Positions 30,229 to 39,396 of a stretch of 64,000 bases of DNA are shown in pieces. The position numbers and the translations under genes are program-made. Each line of letters opens with the position of its first letter. Position 1 is the stretch's first letter. The stretch lies in the NCBI GenBank assembly GCA_963827235.1, contig CAWHAE010000010.1, positions 416,001 through 480,000 of the forward strand, read 5' to 3'. Source of the stretch: an uncultured bacterium. GTDB lineage: Bacteria; Chloroflexota; UBA5177; JANWHV01. Below the pieces are notes generated by a model. That model searched no databases. It worked only from the letters and a program-made list of their open reading frames with translations, and had not been told where the DNA came from.

Positions 30229-31682
30229 GTTCCTTCCTTCCCATCAGCACTCTGCAGTGCGGATATCACCTCAGCCAGCGTGCTCGGGCTGCCCACGTTG
30301 CCCGGGAACACGACATACGGCATGCCGGGCAATCGGCTCTCGGCGCCGAGTCGCCACACCGGAACGCCGGTCGCGACCTGCCCAAGCACACGCGCCCGCC
30401 GCACGCCCAGTCCGTGCGTCGCCACGTCGCTCGCCGTAATGCCGCCCTTGGCGATTATCCAGGAGGGCCTGTTCCGCACGATCGCGACAATGGCGGCCAT
30501 CGACTGGGACACGGCTGCCGAGATAGCAAAGTGGTCCATGCCTGCACTCCTCGTGACGAGGGTCCGGCTCGTGTACAGCATCGACGAATGCCCACAAGCC
30601 AGCCTCTCGTCGATCCAGGTTGCAAGCTCGGCGACATACGTGTCGCGATCGTCTTCGAGCAGCCGTTCGACGGCCATCTCGCGGGCGTCGAGCTCTCCCC
30701 TTTCCAGCACGCGGGCAAGTTGCTCGGAGGATCGCTGCACGTACGATCCCACCAGTACTAACCCTGGCCCACCCGCGGATGCCGTGAAAAGCTCTCCGGC
30801 CTTGAGCAGCGGCCGGTCCTCCAGAGCCGCGCGAGCTTTGACGAACGACGCCGCCGTGCGACAGATAAAGTGCCGGCCGCCAGCCTCCGCGCGCAGCAGG
30901 GCGGCCACGAGCACGGTGAGGTCGCAGTAGCCGGCACAGTCTGCCACCACGGGACGCGCACCGGCCGCCCGCAGCAGAATGGCCGTCACCGCTTCCACGT
31001 TGCCCTCGCGAAGAAGTCCGAGCGGGACGAGCAGAACGTCGCGGGCTATGCACTGTCCGCCGGTCTTCTCCTCGATCCAGTCCGGCAGGTAGGAGTGCGA
31101 AAAGGCAAAGCTCGGATCCCGCGCAAAGTCGGTTTCGCTGACCGGCACGAGATCGTCGCCGATCGAAACGAAGTGCGTGCCGGCAAGCGTGAACCGGCCT
31201 CCCTCCGGAAAGGCCGGCACGATGAGCACGCCGTGAGGACCATCGCCACCTACGAGGTGATACAGGGGCTCGATCTCCCACGGGTAGTGGCCGCGCAAGG
31301 TGGAGTCCCCGCGGCTGATCACGTCGACCGGCACCCCAGTGCAGTGTGAAGCGGCCTCCAGATTGGCGGCCGCCTCCTGGGCCAGCCGCACCGCTGCCGC
31401 ACGATCAAGTGCGCGCGAATTGGTCAGAACGTAGAACAGCGGCTCAGGGCGCTGCAAGGCATTCGAGAGCGCCGGGATGTCCCACGTCGTCAGCACGTCG
31501 ACGTCGTGTACAGTCTGCACGCCAGTCGGATCGTCGTCGAGCACCACGACCTTCCGGCCTGAGGAGAGCGTCGCCGCCCGAATCTCGGCACGAAGGCCGC
31601 GGACGTCGAGCTCCTGGCCAACTCTACCCAGAATCTGAGCTCTACTCAGGCGCCCCGCGTGCTCACTCACTGCTCTGCTCAT
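30225..31682 (-). CDS. Four-carbon acid sugar kinase family (DUF1537; OtnK/DtnK-like)
   Basis: VLDDDPTG, TNSR, RGDSTLRGH, PAFPEGGRFT, AKGGITASD, FPGNVG. Confidence 0.9.
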   Translation of the reverse strand: MSRAVSEHAGRLSRAQILGRVGQELDVRGLRAEIRAATLSSGRKVVVLDDDPTGVQTVHDVDVLTTWDIPALSNALQRPEPLFYVLTNSRALDRAAAVRLAQEAAANLEAASHCTGVPVDVISRGDSTLRGHYPWEIEPLYHLVGGDGPHGVLIVPAFPEGGRFTLAGTHFVSIGDDLVPVSETDFARDPSFAFSHSYLPDWIEEKTGGQCIARDVLLVPLGLLREGNVEAVTAILLRAAGARPVVADCAGYCDLTVLVAALLRAEAGGRHFICRTAASFVKARAALEDRPLLKAGELFTASAGGPGLVLVGSYVQRSSEQLARVLERGELDAREMAVERLLEDDRDTYVAELATWIDERLACGHSSMLYTSRTLVTRSAGMDHFAISAAVSQSMAAIVAIVRNRPSWIIAKGGITASDVATHGLGVRRARVLGQVATGVPVWRLGAESRLPGMPYVVFPGNVGSPSTLAEVISALQSADGKEGT

Positions 31683-32625
31683 CCTTCACGCGGTCAAGCA
31701 GCGGGCGTTCCTGCCGCTTCCGGCGGAGCAGCTCCCTATCCCGCGCGCCGCGCACCGCGGCGATCCTCCCGGCAGGCCAGTGGTAGAAGCCCTGGCCTGA
31801 TCGCGCTCCGACATGCCCTCCGTTCACGTGCGCTCGGAGAAGCTCGAGCACGTCTTCGTCCTTGGCCAGCTCGGGCATCAGATGCTCGGCGATGCTCAGG
31901 AAGGTATCGAGGCCACCGAGGTCGGCCGTCTCAATCGGGCCGGTGAAACCGAGCCGGCGCCCGAGCGACGCACGCATGACCGCGTCGACTTCTTCGGCAC
32001 TCGCCGCCCCCGTGCGTACGATGGCCAATGCTTCGCGGAGAAGGGCATATTGCAGCCGGTTGCCGATGAAGCCGGCGATCTCCTTCCGGATCACGATTGG
32101 CTCCTGTCCGATAGCGCGCAGAAGCGAGACTGCCCGGGACACGACGCCGGCGCTAGTGTAGGGGCCCGGCACGACCTCAACCAACGGGATGGCATATGCC
32201 GGGTTCCAGAAATGCGCGACAAGGAAGCGGTCGGGGTCGCGCATGCCGCGTGCAAGTGCCGAGGGCATGAGGCCGGACGTGTTGCTTGCCACGATTGCGG
32301 ACCGATCAAGCAGCGTCTCCAGCGTCCCGTACACCTCTCGCTTGACGTCCATACGCTCGGGCACCGCTTCCAGCACGAACGTGCAGGCTGCCAGGTCCGC
32401 CAGGGTGCGCGTGGCGGTTACGCGCGAAGGCAGCGCAGCCGCGCTCGCTTCGGCGAGCAGTCCGGCCTCGAGCAGCTCGGCGGCGATGCGCCGCAGGTCC
32501 GGCTGAAGCGCGTCGAGCCTATCGCCGTCGGCGTCGTGTACGGTTACCGGTACCGCCGCCGCTGCGAACGCAGCTGCGATGCTGGTGCCCATCAGTCCGG
32601 ACCCCACGATGCCGATTGTCTCCAT
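31663..32625 (-). CDS. 3-hydroxyacyl-CoA dehydrogenase family (L-gulonate 3-dehydrogenase-like)
   Basis: GGGAGG RBS; GSGLMG, EAVPE, ASNTSG, HFWNP, GFIGNRLQ, GQGFY. Confidence 0.88.
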   Translation of the reverse strand: METIGIVGSGLMGTSIAAAFAAAAVPVTVHDADGDRLDALQPDLRRIAAELLEAGLLAEASAAALPSRVTATRTLADLAACTFVLEAVPERMDVKREVYGTLETLLDRSAIVASNTSGLMPSALARGMRDPDRFLVAHFWNPAYAIPLVEVVPGPYTSAGVVSRAVSLLRAIGQEPIVIRKEIAGFIGNRLQYALLREALAIVRTGAASAEEVDAVMRASLGRRLGFTGPIETADLGGLDTFLSIAEHLMPELAKDEDVLELLRAHVNGGHVGARSGQGFYHWPAGRIAAVRGARDRELLRRKRQERPLLDRVKDEQSSE

Positions 32626-33202
32626 GTGCTGTGCTGCCTCCCTGTGAACTGCAGCGCCTCGCGGTGAGCCGCATGGGCGTTGCGGGCCGATACGCGACCG
32701 CTCTGGAGTCGCGAGCGGGCTCGTCTCGATGCCGTCCCGACATGCACTAAGGGCGTTCAACTGTTCGACGTGGGTTGCGCTCTCATCTACACTGAGCAAC
32801 AGGGTATCACGCGTGCGGCGTTATGCCACGGGGCGCAGGACCGATCACCTGTTCTGCAGACATTTACGCAGGTTTGGACTGTTCCCCTCCAGTTTGCCCA
32901 CGTTGTGCCGATATTGCTGTAGGGACAGCACGAACATCGGTAGCGTGCAGGCGGGATAACTGGCGGAACGGCAGCTGGGCAGGGAGCTCAGACACTGCGG
33001 TCGGGGTGTACTCACGACGGCGAGCTCAGCATGCTCCGCCCATCCGGCCACGTGCCATCAGTTCCGCCGGCACCTCTCGTCTCGAGAAATGGGGAGCCCG
33101 TTGTGAGTATGAGACGTTTCCAAACGGCGCAACCATCGACGATAATGAGTGGGCCAACCGGGAAGTGCTGCATTTCTGACCGCCGCTAGAGGGACGCTAT
33201 CC

Positions 33203-36200
33203 ATGGTCGCCGGCCATATACGAACTCTTCATCTGCACAGCGCACCCGACGAATTCGGCGGCCTCCAGGACGCTTTAGGCCGCGCCGGGTTCGCCGCGCT
33301 CTGCGTGGGCATCGATTCCCTGGAGCAGATGCGCCTGCGACTTGCCGAGGCTCACTGGGATGCGCTGGTGATCGAAGTATCGCGAGAACATGCCTCTCTC
33401 GCCGAATCGGTCGCTGCCGCGCGCGGCCTCGCTTCCGATCTGCCTATCATTTGTGCCGCCAGCGCACCGACGGTCGACGAGGCCATTGCCGTCATGCGGT
33501 CCGGAGCCGGTGCCTATGTCGACCAGAGTGACCATCCGGCTCTGGTGGCCGCCTTGCTCAGAGAGATCCTGATAGCCGGCAGGGACGCGACTGCGACTGA
33601 TCGTTCGCAGCGCAAGGAGCGATTGCCGTGTCACGATAAGCTCTCCAAGAGAGAGATGCACCAGAGGCTGCGCGGCGCCGAGGACACGGTGCGCACCCTG
33701 TCGCGTGCCGTCGAGCAGAGCCCGGTCAGCGTGGTGATTACCAACCAGGACGGCCTCATCGAGTTTGTCAACCCACGGTTCTGTCAGGTGACGGGCTATA
33801 CGTACGACGAAGTGGTTGGGCTCCGTCCCAGCGTCCTGAAGTCGGGATACACGAGTGACGCCGATTATCGGGTGCTGTGGCAGACGATTACCGTGGGCGG
33901 TACCTGGACGGGCACCTTTCTCAACAAGAAGAAGAACGGCGACCACTACTGGGAACAGGCGAGCATCTCACCGATCCGCGACGAATCCGGCGCGATCACG
34001 CACTTTGTCGCCGTCAAGGAGGATATTACCGAGCGCAAATGGTCCGAGGACGCCCTCAGGTTAAGCGAGGCTCAGTATCGGTTCCTGGCCGAGAACTCCA
34101 CGGACCTGATCAGCCGCCTGACGCCCGAAGGCACGGTCCTGTACGCCTCCCCTGCCTGCAGGTCGGTGCTTGGGTGCGCTTCGGACGAGATGGTGGGGCG
34201 GCCCGTGTGCGACTACTGGCTCCAGGAGGATCTGGGCTTCTCTTCCGAAGCCTCTCCACAGCAGTTTGCCCCACTAGGTGTGGAGACGTTCATCCATCGG
34301 GCCCGGCATCGCGACGGCCACCTGGTGTGGTTGGAGACGACCATGCGCAGCATCTGCGATGCGACCACCGGAAGCGTCATCGAGGTGCAAACCACCTCGC
34401 GAGACGTCACACAGCAACGAAAGGCGGACCTGGAGCGCGAGCGGCTGGCGGCGATCGTGGAATCCTCCTCAGAGTCCATCATCGGGCTCTCGCGATCCGG
34501 GACAATCGTGAACTGGAACAAGGCGGCGACCGATCTCTACGGCTTCGACGCCAAGGAGGCAATCGGACAGCATGTCGGCATCATCGTGCCGCCGGAGCGT
34601 CTCGGCGATCTCGCCGACATCAACCGGCGGATTGAGTCCGGTGCGCACGTGCCGCAGTTCAACACGGTGGTCTTGCACAAGAGCGGCCGGCGTCTCGACG
34701 TGGCCATGACCGTCTCCCCGGTTCTCGATTCCGAGGGGAACCTCATCGGGAGCGCGGGCATGAGCCATGATATCGGCGAAGAGCTGCGCGCCGAATCGGC
34801 GCTACGCAAGAGCGAGGCACAGTACCGCCTGCTGGCTGAGAACTCGACCGACCTGATCGCGCGCTGCGCGATCGACGGCGAGATCCATTATGTCTCGCCG
34901 TCCAGCGAGGCCTTGCTCGGTTACACGCCGGAGTCGGCAATCGGCCGATCAATAACTGAGTACCTGCATCCCGACGACCTTGAGACTCTCGTTCTGTCCG
35001 CCACCGACATCCTCGCCGGGCCCGGCGTGGGTAGCAGGATCCATCGTCTGCGGCGGAAGGATGGCACCTACGGATGGTTCGAGACTACCATCCGCGGTGT
35101 CCGCTCTGGGCCCTCCAGGCTGATCGTGGAGGTGCAGACCGCATCGAGAGACATTTCGGCTCGCAAACAGGCTGAGGACGCGCTGCGCGAGAGCGACGAT
35201 CGCTTTCGTAGAGTTATCGAAACGAGCCCGGTTGGTTTCGCGCTCGTCGAGCCATCGGGACGGCTGGAATCTGTCAACGAGGCCTTCTGCTCCATGTTTG
35301 GGCACCCGCGCGAGGAGCTCATCGATGGATCGTTCGGCATTCTGTTCGCCGGCGACCAGCAGCCGGAGGCCAGGCGGCTGCTCGGCGAGGTCCTGGCAGG
35401 CGCACACGCAGGCCGCGGATTCTGGGATCTGCGACGAAGCGACGGCTCTCCAATCTCCGTGCTGGCCAGCATGACGGCCATAGACGGCGCCGGTGGAGGG
35501 AAGCGGCTGGGTATGTTCTTCATGGACGTGACGGAGAACGAGCAGCTCACCAAGGCGCTGCGCACGTCGGAAGCGCGGCTGCACACCGTAATCGCCCACG
35601 CGCCGATCATGCTGTTTGCTCTGGACAAGGACGGCGTGCTGACTCTCCATGATGGTGGCGCCCGCTTCAGCGTCGAGGCAGATCGCCAGCCGGCGGTCGG
35701 TGAGTCGGTCTTCGACCGCTACGCCGGGCTGCCGGTCCTGCTCGAGACGTGCCGGCGTGGCCTGGCCGGCGAAACGATCTCGACCATGCTCGAGTCGGGC
35801 AGCTCCGCCTTCGAGCTCTGGTGGACTCCGGAAAAGAACGAGCGAGGCGAAGTGACCGGAGGCACCGGACTGGCCGTCGACGTCACGGCGACCGTCCACG
35901 CGCAGCGGGAAGCCGAGCGGGCGCGGGCGGCCGCGGTCGAGCTCGCCCAGCTGCGAACCGACTTCGTCGCCGCCGTGAGTCACGAGCTTCGTACGCCGCT
36001 GACGGCGATTATAGGCTACGGCGAGATGCTGCAGGCTCGCTGGGACGTGCTGAGCGAAAGTGACCGGCTCCAGCGGCTTGGGCGCATCGTGCTTTCCGCG
36101 AATCGCCAGAAACGACTGGTCGAGGATCTGCTGTTGCTCTCGCAGGTCGACGAAGGAATCTCCCCTCCCAAGTCGGCGCCGACCAACGTGGCCGGGATCG

Positions 36201-36631
36201 CCCGCGCCGTGGCAAGTGAGACGCGCACGACCTATGATGACCAGTATGTGGACCTCGACGGAGCCGACGATCTGTTCGCGCTGGCCGATCGGGAACGCGC
36301 GATACAGGTCCTGGCGAGCGTCGCGGACAATGCCGCCAAGTATTCCCCGGAAGGTAGCCCGATTCTCATACGCTGGACCGCCGAAGGAAAGAACGTGGTC
36401 ATTCGCGTCTTCGATGCGGGCTCGGGCATCCCTGATCAAGGACGAGAACGCCTGTTTACCCGTTTCGGCCGCATTCCCGGCAGCAGGATACGGTCGGGCC
36501 ATGTAGGGACCGGCCTGGGCCTCTATATGGGTAAGCGCCTGGCTCGCGCCATGGATGGCGACCTCGACCTGGAGGCGACCGGGCCGGAGGGAAGCGTCTT
36601 CAGGCTCGTGCTTCCGCTTGCCCTGGACTGA
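33203..36631 (+). CDS. Cytoplasmic sensor histidine kinase: degenerate N-terminal receiver, about 6 PAS domains, HisKA-HATPase
   Basis: Repeated PAS ends (EDITERK, RDVTQQRK, RDISARK); SHELRTPL, NAAKYS, DAGSGI, GTGLGL. Confidence 0.9.
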   Translation: MVAGHIRTLHLHSAPDEFGGLQDALGRAGFAALCVGIDSLEQMRLRLAEAHWDALVIEVSREHASLAESVAAARGLASDLPIICAASAPTVDEAIAVMRSGAGAYVDQSDHPALVAALLREILIAGRDATATDRSQRKERLPCHDKLSKREMHQRLRGAEDTVRTLSRAVEQSPVSVVITNQDGLIEFVNPRFCQVTGYTYDEVVGLRPSVLKSGYTSDADYRVLWQTITVGGTWTGTFLNKKKNGDHYWEQASISPIRDESGAITHFVAVKEDITERKWSEDALRLSEAQYRFLAENSTDLISRLTPEGTVLYASPACRSVLGCASDEMVGRPVCDYWLQEDLGFSSEASPQQFAPLGVETFIHRARHRDGHLVWLETTMRSICDATTGSVIEVQTTSRDVTQQRKADLERERLAAIVESSSESIIGLSRSGTIVNWNKAATDLYGFDAKEAIGQHVGIIVPPERLGDLADINRRIESGAHVPQFNTVVLHKSGRRLDVAMTVSPVLDSEGNLIGSAGMSHDIGEELRAESALRKSEAQYRLLAENSTDLIARCAIDGEIHYVSPSSEALLGYTPESAIGRSITEYLHPDDLETLVLSATDILAGPGVGSRIHRLRRKDGTYGWFETTIRGVRSGPSRLIVEVQTASRDISARKQAEDALRESDDRFRRVIETSPVGFALVEPSGRLESVNEAFCSMFGHPREELIDGSFGILFAGDQQPEARRLLGEVLAGAHAGRGFWDLRRSDGSPISVLASMTAIDGAGGGKRLGMFFMDVTENEQLTKALRTSEARLHTVIAHAPIMLFALDKDGVLTLHDGGARFSVEADRQPAVGESVFDRYAGLPVLLETCRRGLAGETISTMLESGSSAFELWWTPEKNERGEVTGGTGLAVDVTATVHAQREAERARAAAVELAQLRTDFVAAVSHELRTPLTAIIGYGEMLQARWDVLSESDRLQRLGRIVLSANRQKRLVEDLLLLSQVDEGISPPKSAPTNVAGIARAVASETRTTYDDQYVDLDGADDLFALADRERAIQVLASVADNAAKYSPEGSPILIRWTAEGKNVVIRVFDAGSGIPDQGRERLFTRFGRIPGSRIRSGHVGTGLGLYMGKRLARAMDGDLDLEATGPEGSVFRLVLPLALD

Positions 36632-36695
36632 GCACGGCGCCGTACTGAACATCACGGCTGCCTACTCATGGGCGCGGTTGGCGCACCCGTGCAGT

Positions 36696-37604
36696 TTACT
36701 CGGCGCGCTTGACGGCGTGTCCGCCGAACTGGTTCCGCATCGCGGCCAGCAGCTTATCCGAAAACGGCTCCGGCATACGCGAGCGGAACCGGCGCTCGAG
36801 CGCCTGCGTGATCACGGGAATCGACACGCCCAGGTCGATAGCCTCGGCCACGGTCCATCGCCCTTCGCCCGAGTCCTCGACATATGCCGCGATTCCTTCC
36901 AGATCGGGGTTCTCGGCCAGGGCGCGGGCAGTGAGATCGAGGAGCCAGCTGCGAACGACGCTGCCGAAACGCCAGATCTCGGCGATCTGGCTTGTGTCCA
37001 ACTCGAGCTCGGTCTTGGCTCGCATGAGCTCGAATCCCTCGGCATAGGCCTGCATCAGTCCGTATTCGATGCCGTTGTGCACCATCTTCACGAAATGGCC
37101 CGCGCCACTGGGACCGGTCCGTCCCCAGCCTTTGTCGGGAGCCGGGGCCAGGGTCTCGAAGATCGGAGTGAGCCGGTCGACCGCAGTCTTCTCTCCGCCG
37201 ATCATCATGCTATAGCCTTCGTTGAGGCCCCAGATTCCACCGCTGGTGCCGACGTCAACGAATGCCAGTCCCCGCTGCTCGAGCTCAGCCGCGCGCCGGA
37301 TCGAGTCCTTGTAGTTGCTGTTCCCTCCGTCGACGATCGTGTCTCCCGTCTCGAGCAGGCCGGCCAGAGTGTGGATGGTGTCCTCGGTTGCGCTGCCGGA
37401 CGGGACCATGATCCAGACCGCTCGCGGCGCGGAGAGCAGCCCGACCAGTTCACGGAGCGAAGCGGCCCCCGTGGCTCCCTGCCCTGCCACCGCTTCGACT
37501 GCGGCAGGATTGAAATCGGTCACGACCATCCGGTGACCGCCGCGAAGCAGGCGCGTAGTCATGTTGGCGCCCATCCTGCCGAGCCCAACCATCCCCAGTT
37601 CCAT
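36696..37604 (-). CDS. gnd: 6-phosphogluconate dehydrogenase, decarboxylating (short YqeC-type)
   Basis: GLGRMG, DGGNS, SGGIWG, GHFVKMVHNGIEYG, DSGEGRW, RNQFGGH. Confidence 0.95.
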   Translation of the reverse strand: MELGMVGLGRMGANMTTRLLRGGHRMVVTDFNPAAVEAVAGQGATGAASLRELVGLLSAPRAVWIMVPSGSATEDTIHTLAGLLETGDTIVDGGNSNYKDSIRRAAELEQRGLAFVDVGTSGGIWGLNEGYSMMIGGEKTAVDRLTPIFETLAPAPDKGWGRTGPSGAGHFVKMVHNGIEYGLMQAYAEGFELMRAKTELELDTSQIAEIWRFGSVVRSWLLDLTARALAENPDLEGIAAYVEDSGEGRWTVAEAIDLGVSIPVITQALERRFRSRMPEPFSDKLLAAMRNQFGGHAVKRAE

Positions 37605-38070
37605 CGTCCGACCTCCACGATCTCGGCACGCGGCGGTGCCTGCATTCCACGGTTCACGGGCCGGCGCCGGCGCCGCCAGGGCTACAGGCGGTGCCGGAGC
37701 AGGCTTGTCTCCTCGCTCTCAGGATACCGCCGGCAGCACCACGGCATGAGTCTCACCATGACGTTCGTGCGTGATCCGACTTGCACCGTGAAACTGAAGG
37801 CCGTGGCCGGCGATACTGGGACACCGTCAGCCTCGGGACCGCGCAGGCGATGACCTCCCATGTCTTGAGACGCTAGCTGCTGCCCGCATGCCAGGGCCGG
37901 CTCATAGACGTGAACCGGCGAGACCAACACGGCAGCGCATCTCGCCGTACAGGCTTGCGGGGTGCGGCTGCTCGCGCCGCACAGCGGCGATCGGTCGCCA
38001 TGAGCTCAGCGGTCGCCGGCAGCCGCCCACTCGCTCTGGGTGCCAGTTCGTATGCCCGCGGGCGCGACGG

Positions 38071-38175
38071 TATAATCAGCAGGGTCGCGTTGATGGAGAC
38101 TCTGGGAGGCGTGGTGCGCGCCCCGCAGTTTCTCGAGTGGCCTCGGCGGCTGCCGCGGCAGCCGCCGAGGCACGC
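38071..38175 (+). promoter_or_regulatory. Perfect -10 (TATAAT) followed by a structured 5' leader with a 32-bp palindrome (38140-38171)
   Basis: gcctcggcggctgccg|cggcagccgccgaggc covers the GAGG just before ATG 38176. Confidence 0.65.
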
Positions 38176-38691
38176 ATGCGCAAGGCACTGAGCCGCGCTT
38201 CGTCGGCTTGGGCCTGGGCCTGGACAAGGAAGACGATTTTGGGAGCAGATCCGGGGCCGGTGCAGACCAAGAGCGGACTGGGCGCTCAGGGCCGCCGCCT
38301 CGGGTGGATGTCTCCTATTCTCCTGGGAGGAGACGCTCTGGCCTTCCTGGCCTTTGCCGCGCTGGGCAGAAACCAACACCACGAGGCTTCCGGCGTGCTC
38401 GCCGCCGTCCAGACGGCGTGGCCGTTCATTGCGGGATGGGTGCTAACGGCACCGTTTCAGGGAGTGCTCATGGTGGAGCGAGGCAAACCGCTCGAGGCCG
38501 CGCGTGACGCGCTCCGCTGCTGGCCGATGGCCTGGCTGCTCGCACTGGCGTTCCGCGCCGGCGTGCAACGCAGAGCCGTGCCTGTGAGCTTCGATATCGT
38601 CGCGTTCCTGACGAATTTGGCTCTGCTGGCCTGCTGGAGGGCGGCAGCCTCCGCTGCCTCCGGCCGGAAACGCCGCGGGGACTGCGCATGA
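38176..38691 (+). CDS. DUF3054 family membrane protein (start could be 38308)
   Basis: GD...FAALGR..H, TAWPFIAGW, LACWR pattern; about 4 TM segments. Confidence 0.75.
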   Translation: MRKALSRASSAWAWAWTRKTILGADPGPVQTKSGLGAQGRRLGWMSPILLGGDALAFLAFAALGRNQHHEASGVLAAVQTAWPFIAGWVLTAPFQGVLMVERGKPLEAARDALRCWPMAWLLALAFRAGVQRRAVPVSFDIVAFLTNLALLACWRAAASAASGRKRRGDCA

Positions 38692-38770
38692 TGTGCGAGG
38701 AGGCCGATATCCGCAACGAAGCCACGCGATCTCTGCTTGAACACTGCTTTGCTACCACGGAGGTTGAGAA

Positions 38771-39391
38771 GTGCGCCTGAGCCTGCTGCCAAAAGAGCGG
38801 GAGTTCTACGTGCTGTTCCAGCGGCACGCGGCGAACATTGTCGTCGCGGCGACGGCGCTCGCGGACATGTTGCGCAACTATGATGGCGTGCGCGCCAAGG
38901 CGGCTCACATCGCCGAGGTCGAGCACGAAGGCGACCGTATCACGCACGAGATCTTCCACAGGCTCAACGTGACGTTCGTCACTCCTATCGAGCGGGAAGA
39001 CATCGTGGCACTTGCCAGCATTATGGATTCCGTCACCGACCTGATCGAAGAGATCGCCGCCATGCTGGTTCTCTACAACGTGCGGGTTCCCAGCGTGTAC
39101 CTGTTGGAGGCGAGCACGTTGCTGGTCACGGCAGTCGAGCAGATTGACCAAGCCGTGCACGGCCTAGAGGAGCTGCGCGGTCTGAACCCGTACGTGATCG
39201 AGATCAACCGCATCGAGAACGAGGGCGACGGGCTCTACCGGAACGCCATCTCGGAGCTTTTCACCAAGGGCGTCTATGAGCCACTCGACGTCATCAAGTG
39301 GAATCATCTCTACGCGCTGATGGAAAAGGCGTTCGACAAGTGCGAGGACGTTGCTAACGTGATCGAAAATCTCGTGATCAAGAACGCGTAG
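38771..39391 (+). CDS. DUF47 phosphate transport regulator (PhoU-like)
   Basis: EHEGD, TFVTPIEREDI, IENEGD, DKCEDVAN; adjacent to PiT. Confidence 0.92.
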   Translation: MRLSLLPKEREFYVLFQRHAANIVVAATALADMLRNYDGVRAKAAHIAEVEHEGDRITHEIFHRLNVTFVTPIEREDIVALASIMDSVTDLIEEIAAMLVLYNVRVPSVYLLEASTLLVTAVEQIDQAVHGLEELRGLNPYVIEINRIENEGDGLYRNAISELFTKGVYEPLDVIKWNHLYALMEKAFDKCEDVANVIENLVIKNA

Positions 39392-39396
39392 CGCGG

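Noticed and set aside
37770-37850. Cobalamin riboswitch-like words on the - strand (gcggtcccg, ggtgcaagtc)
   Set aside because: Elements are in the wrong order, there is no B12 box, and the downstream gene is gnd
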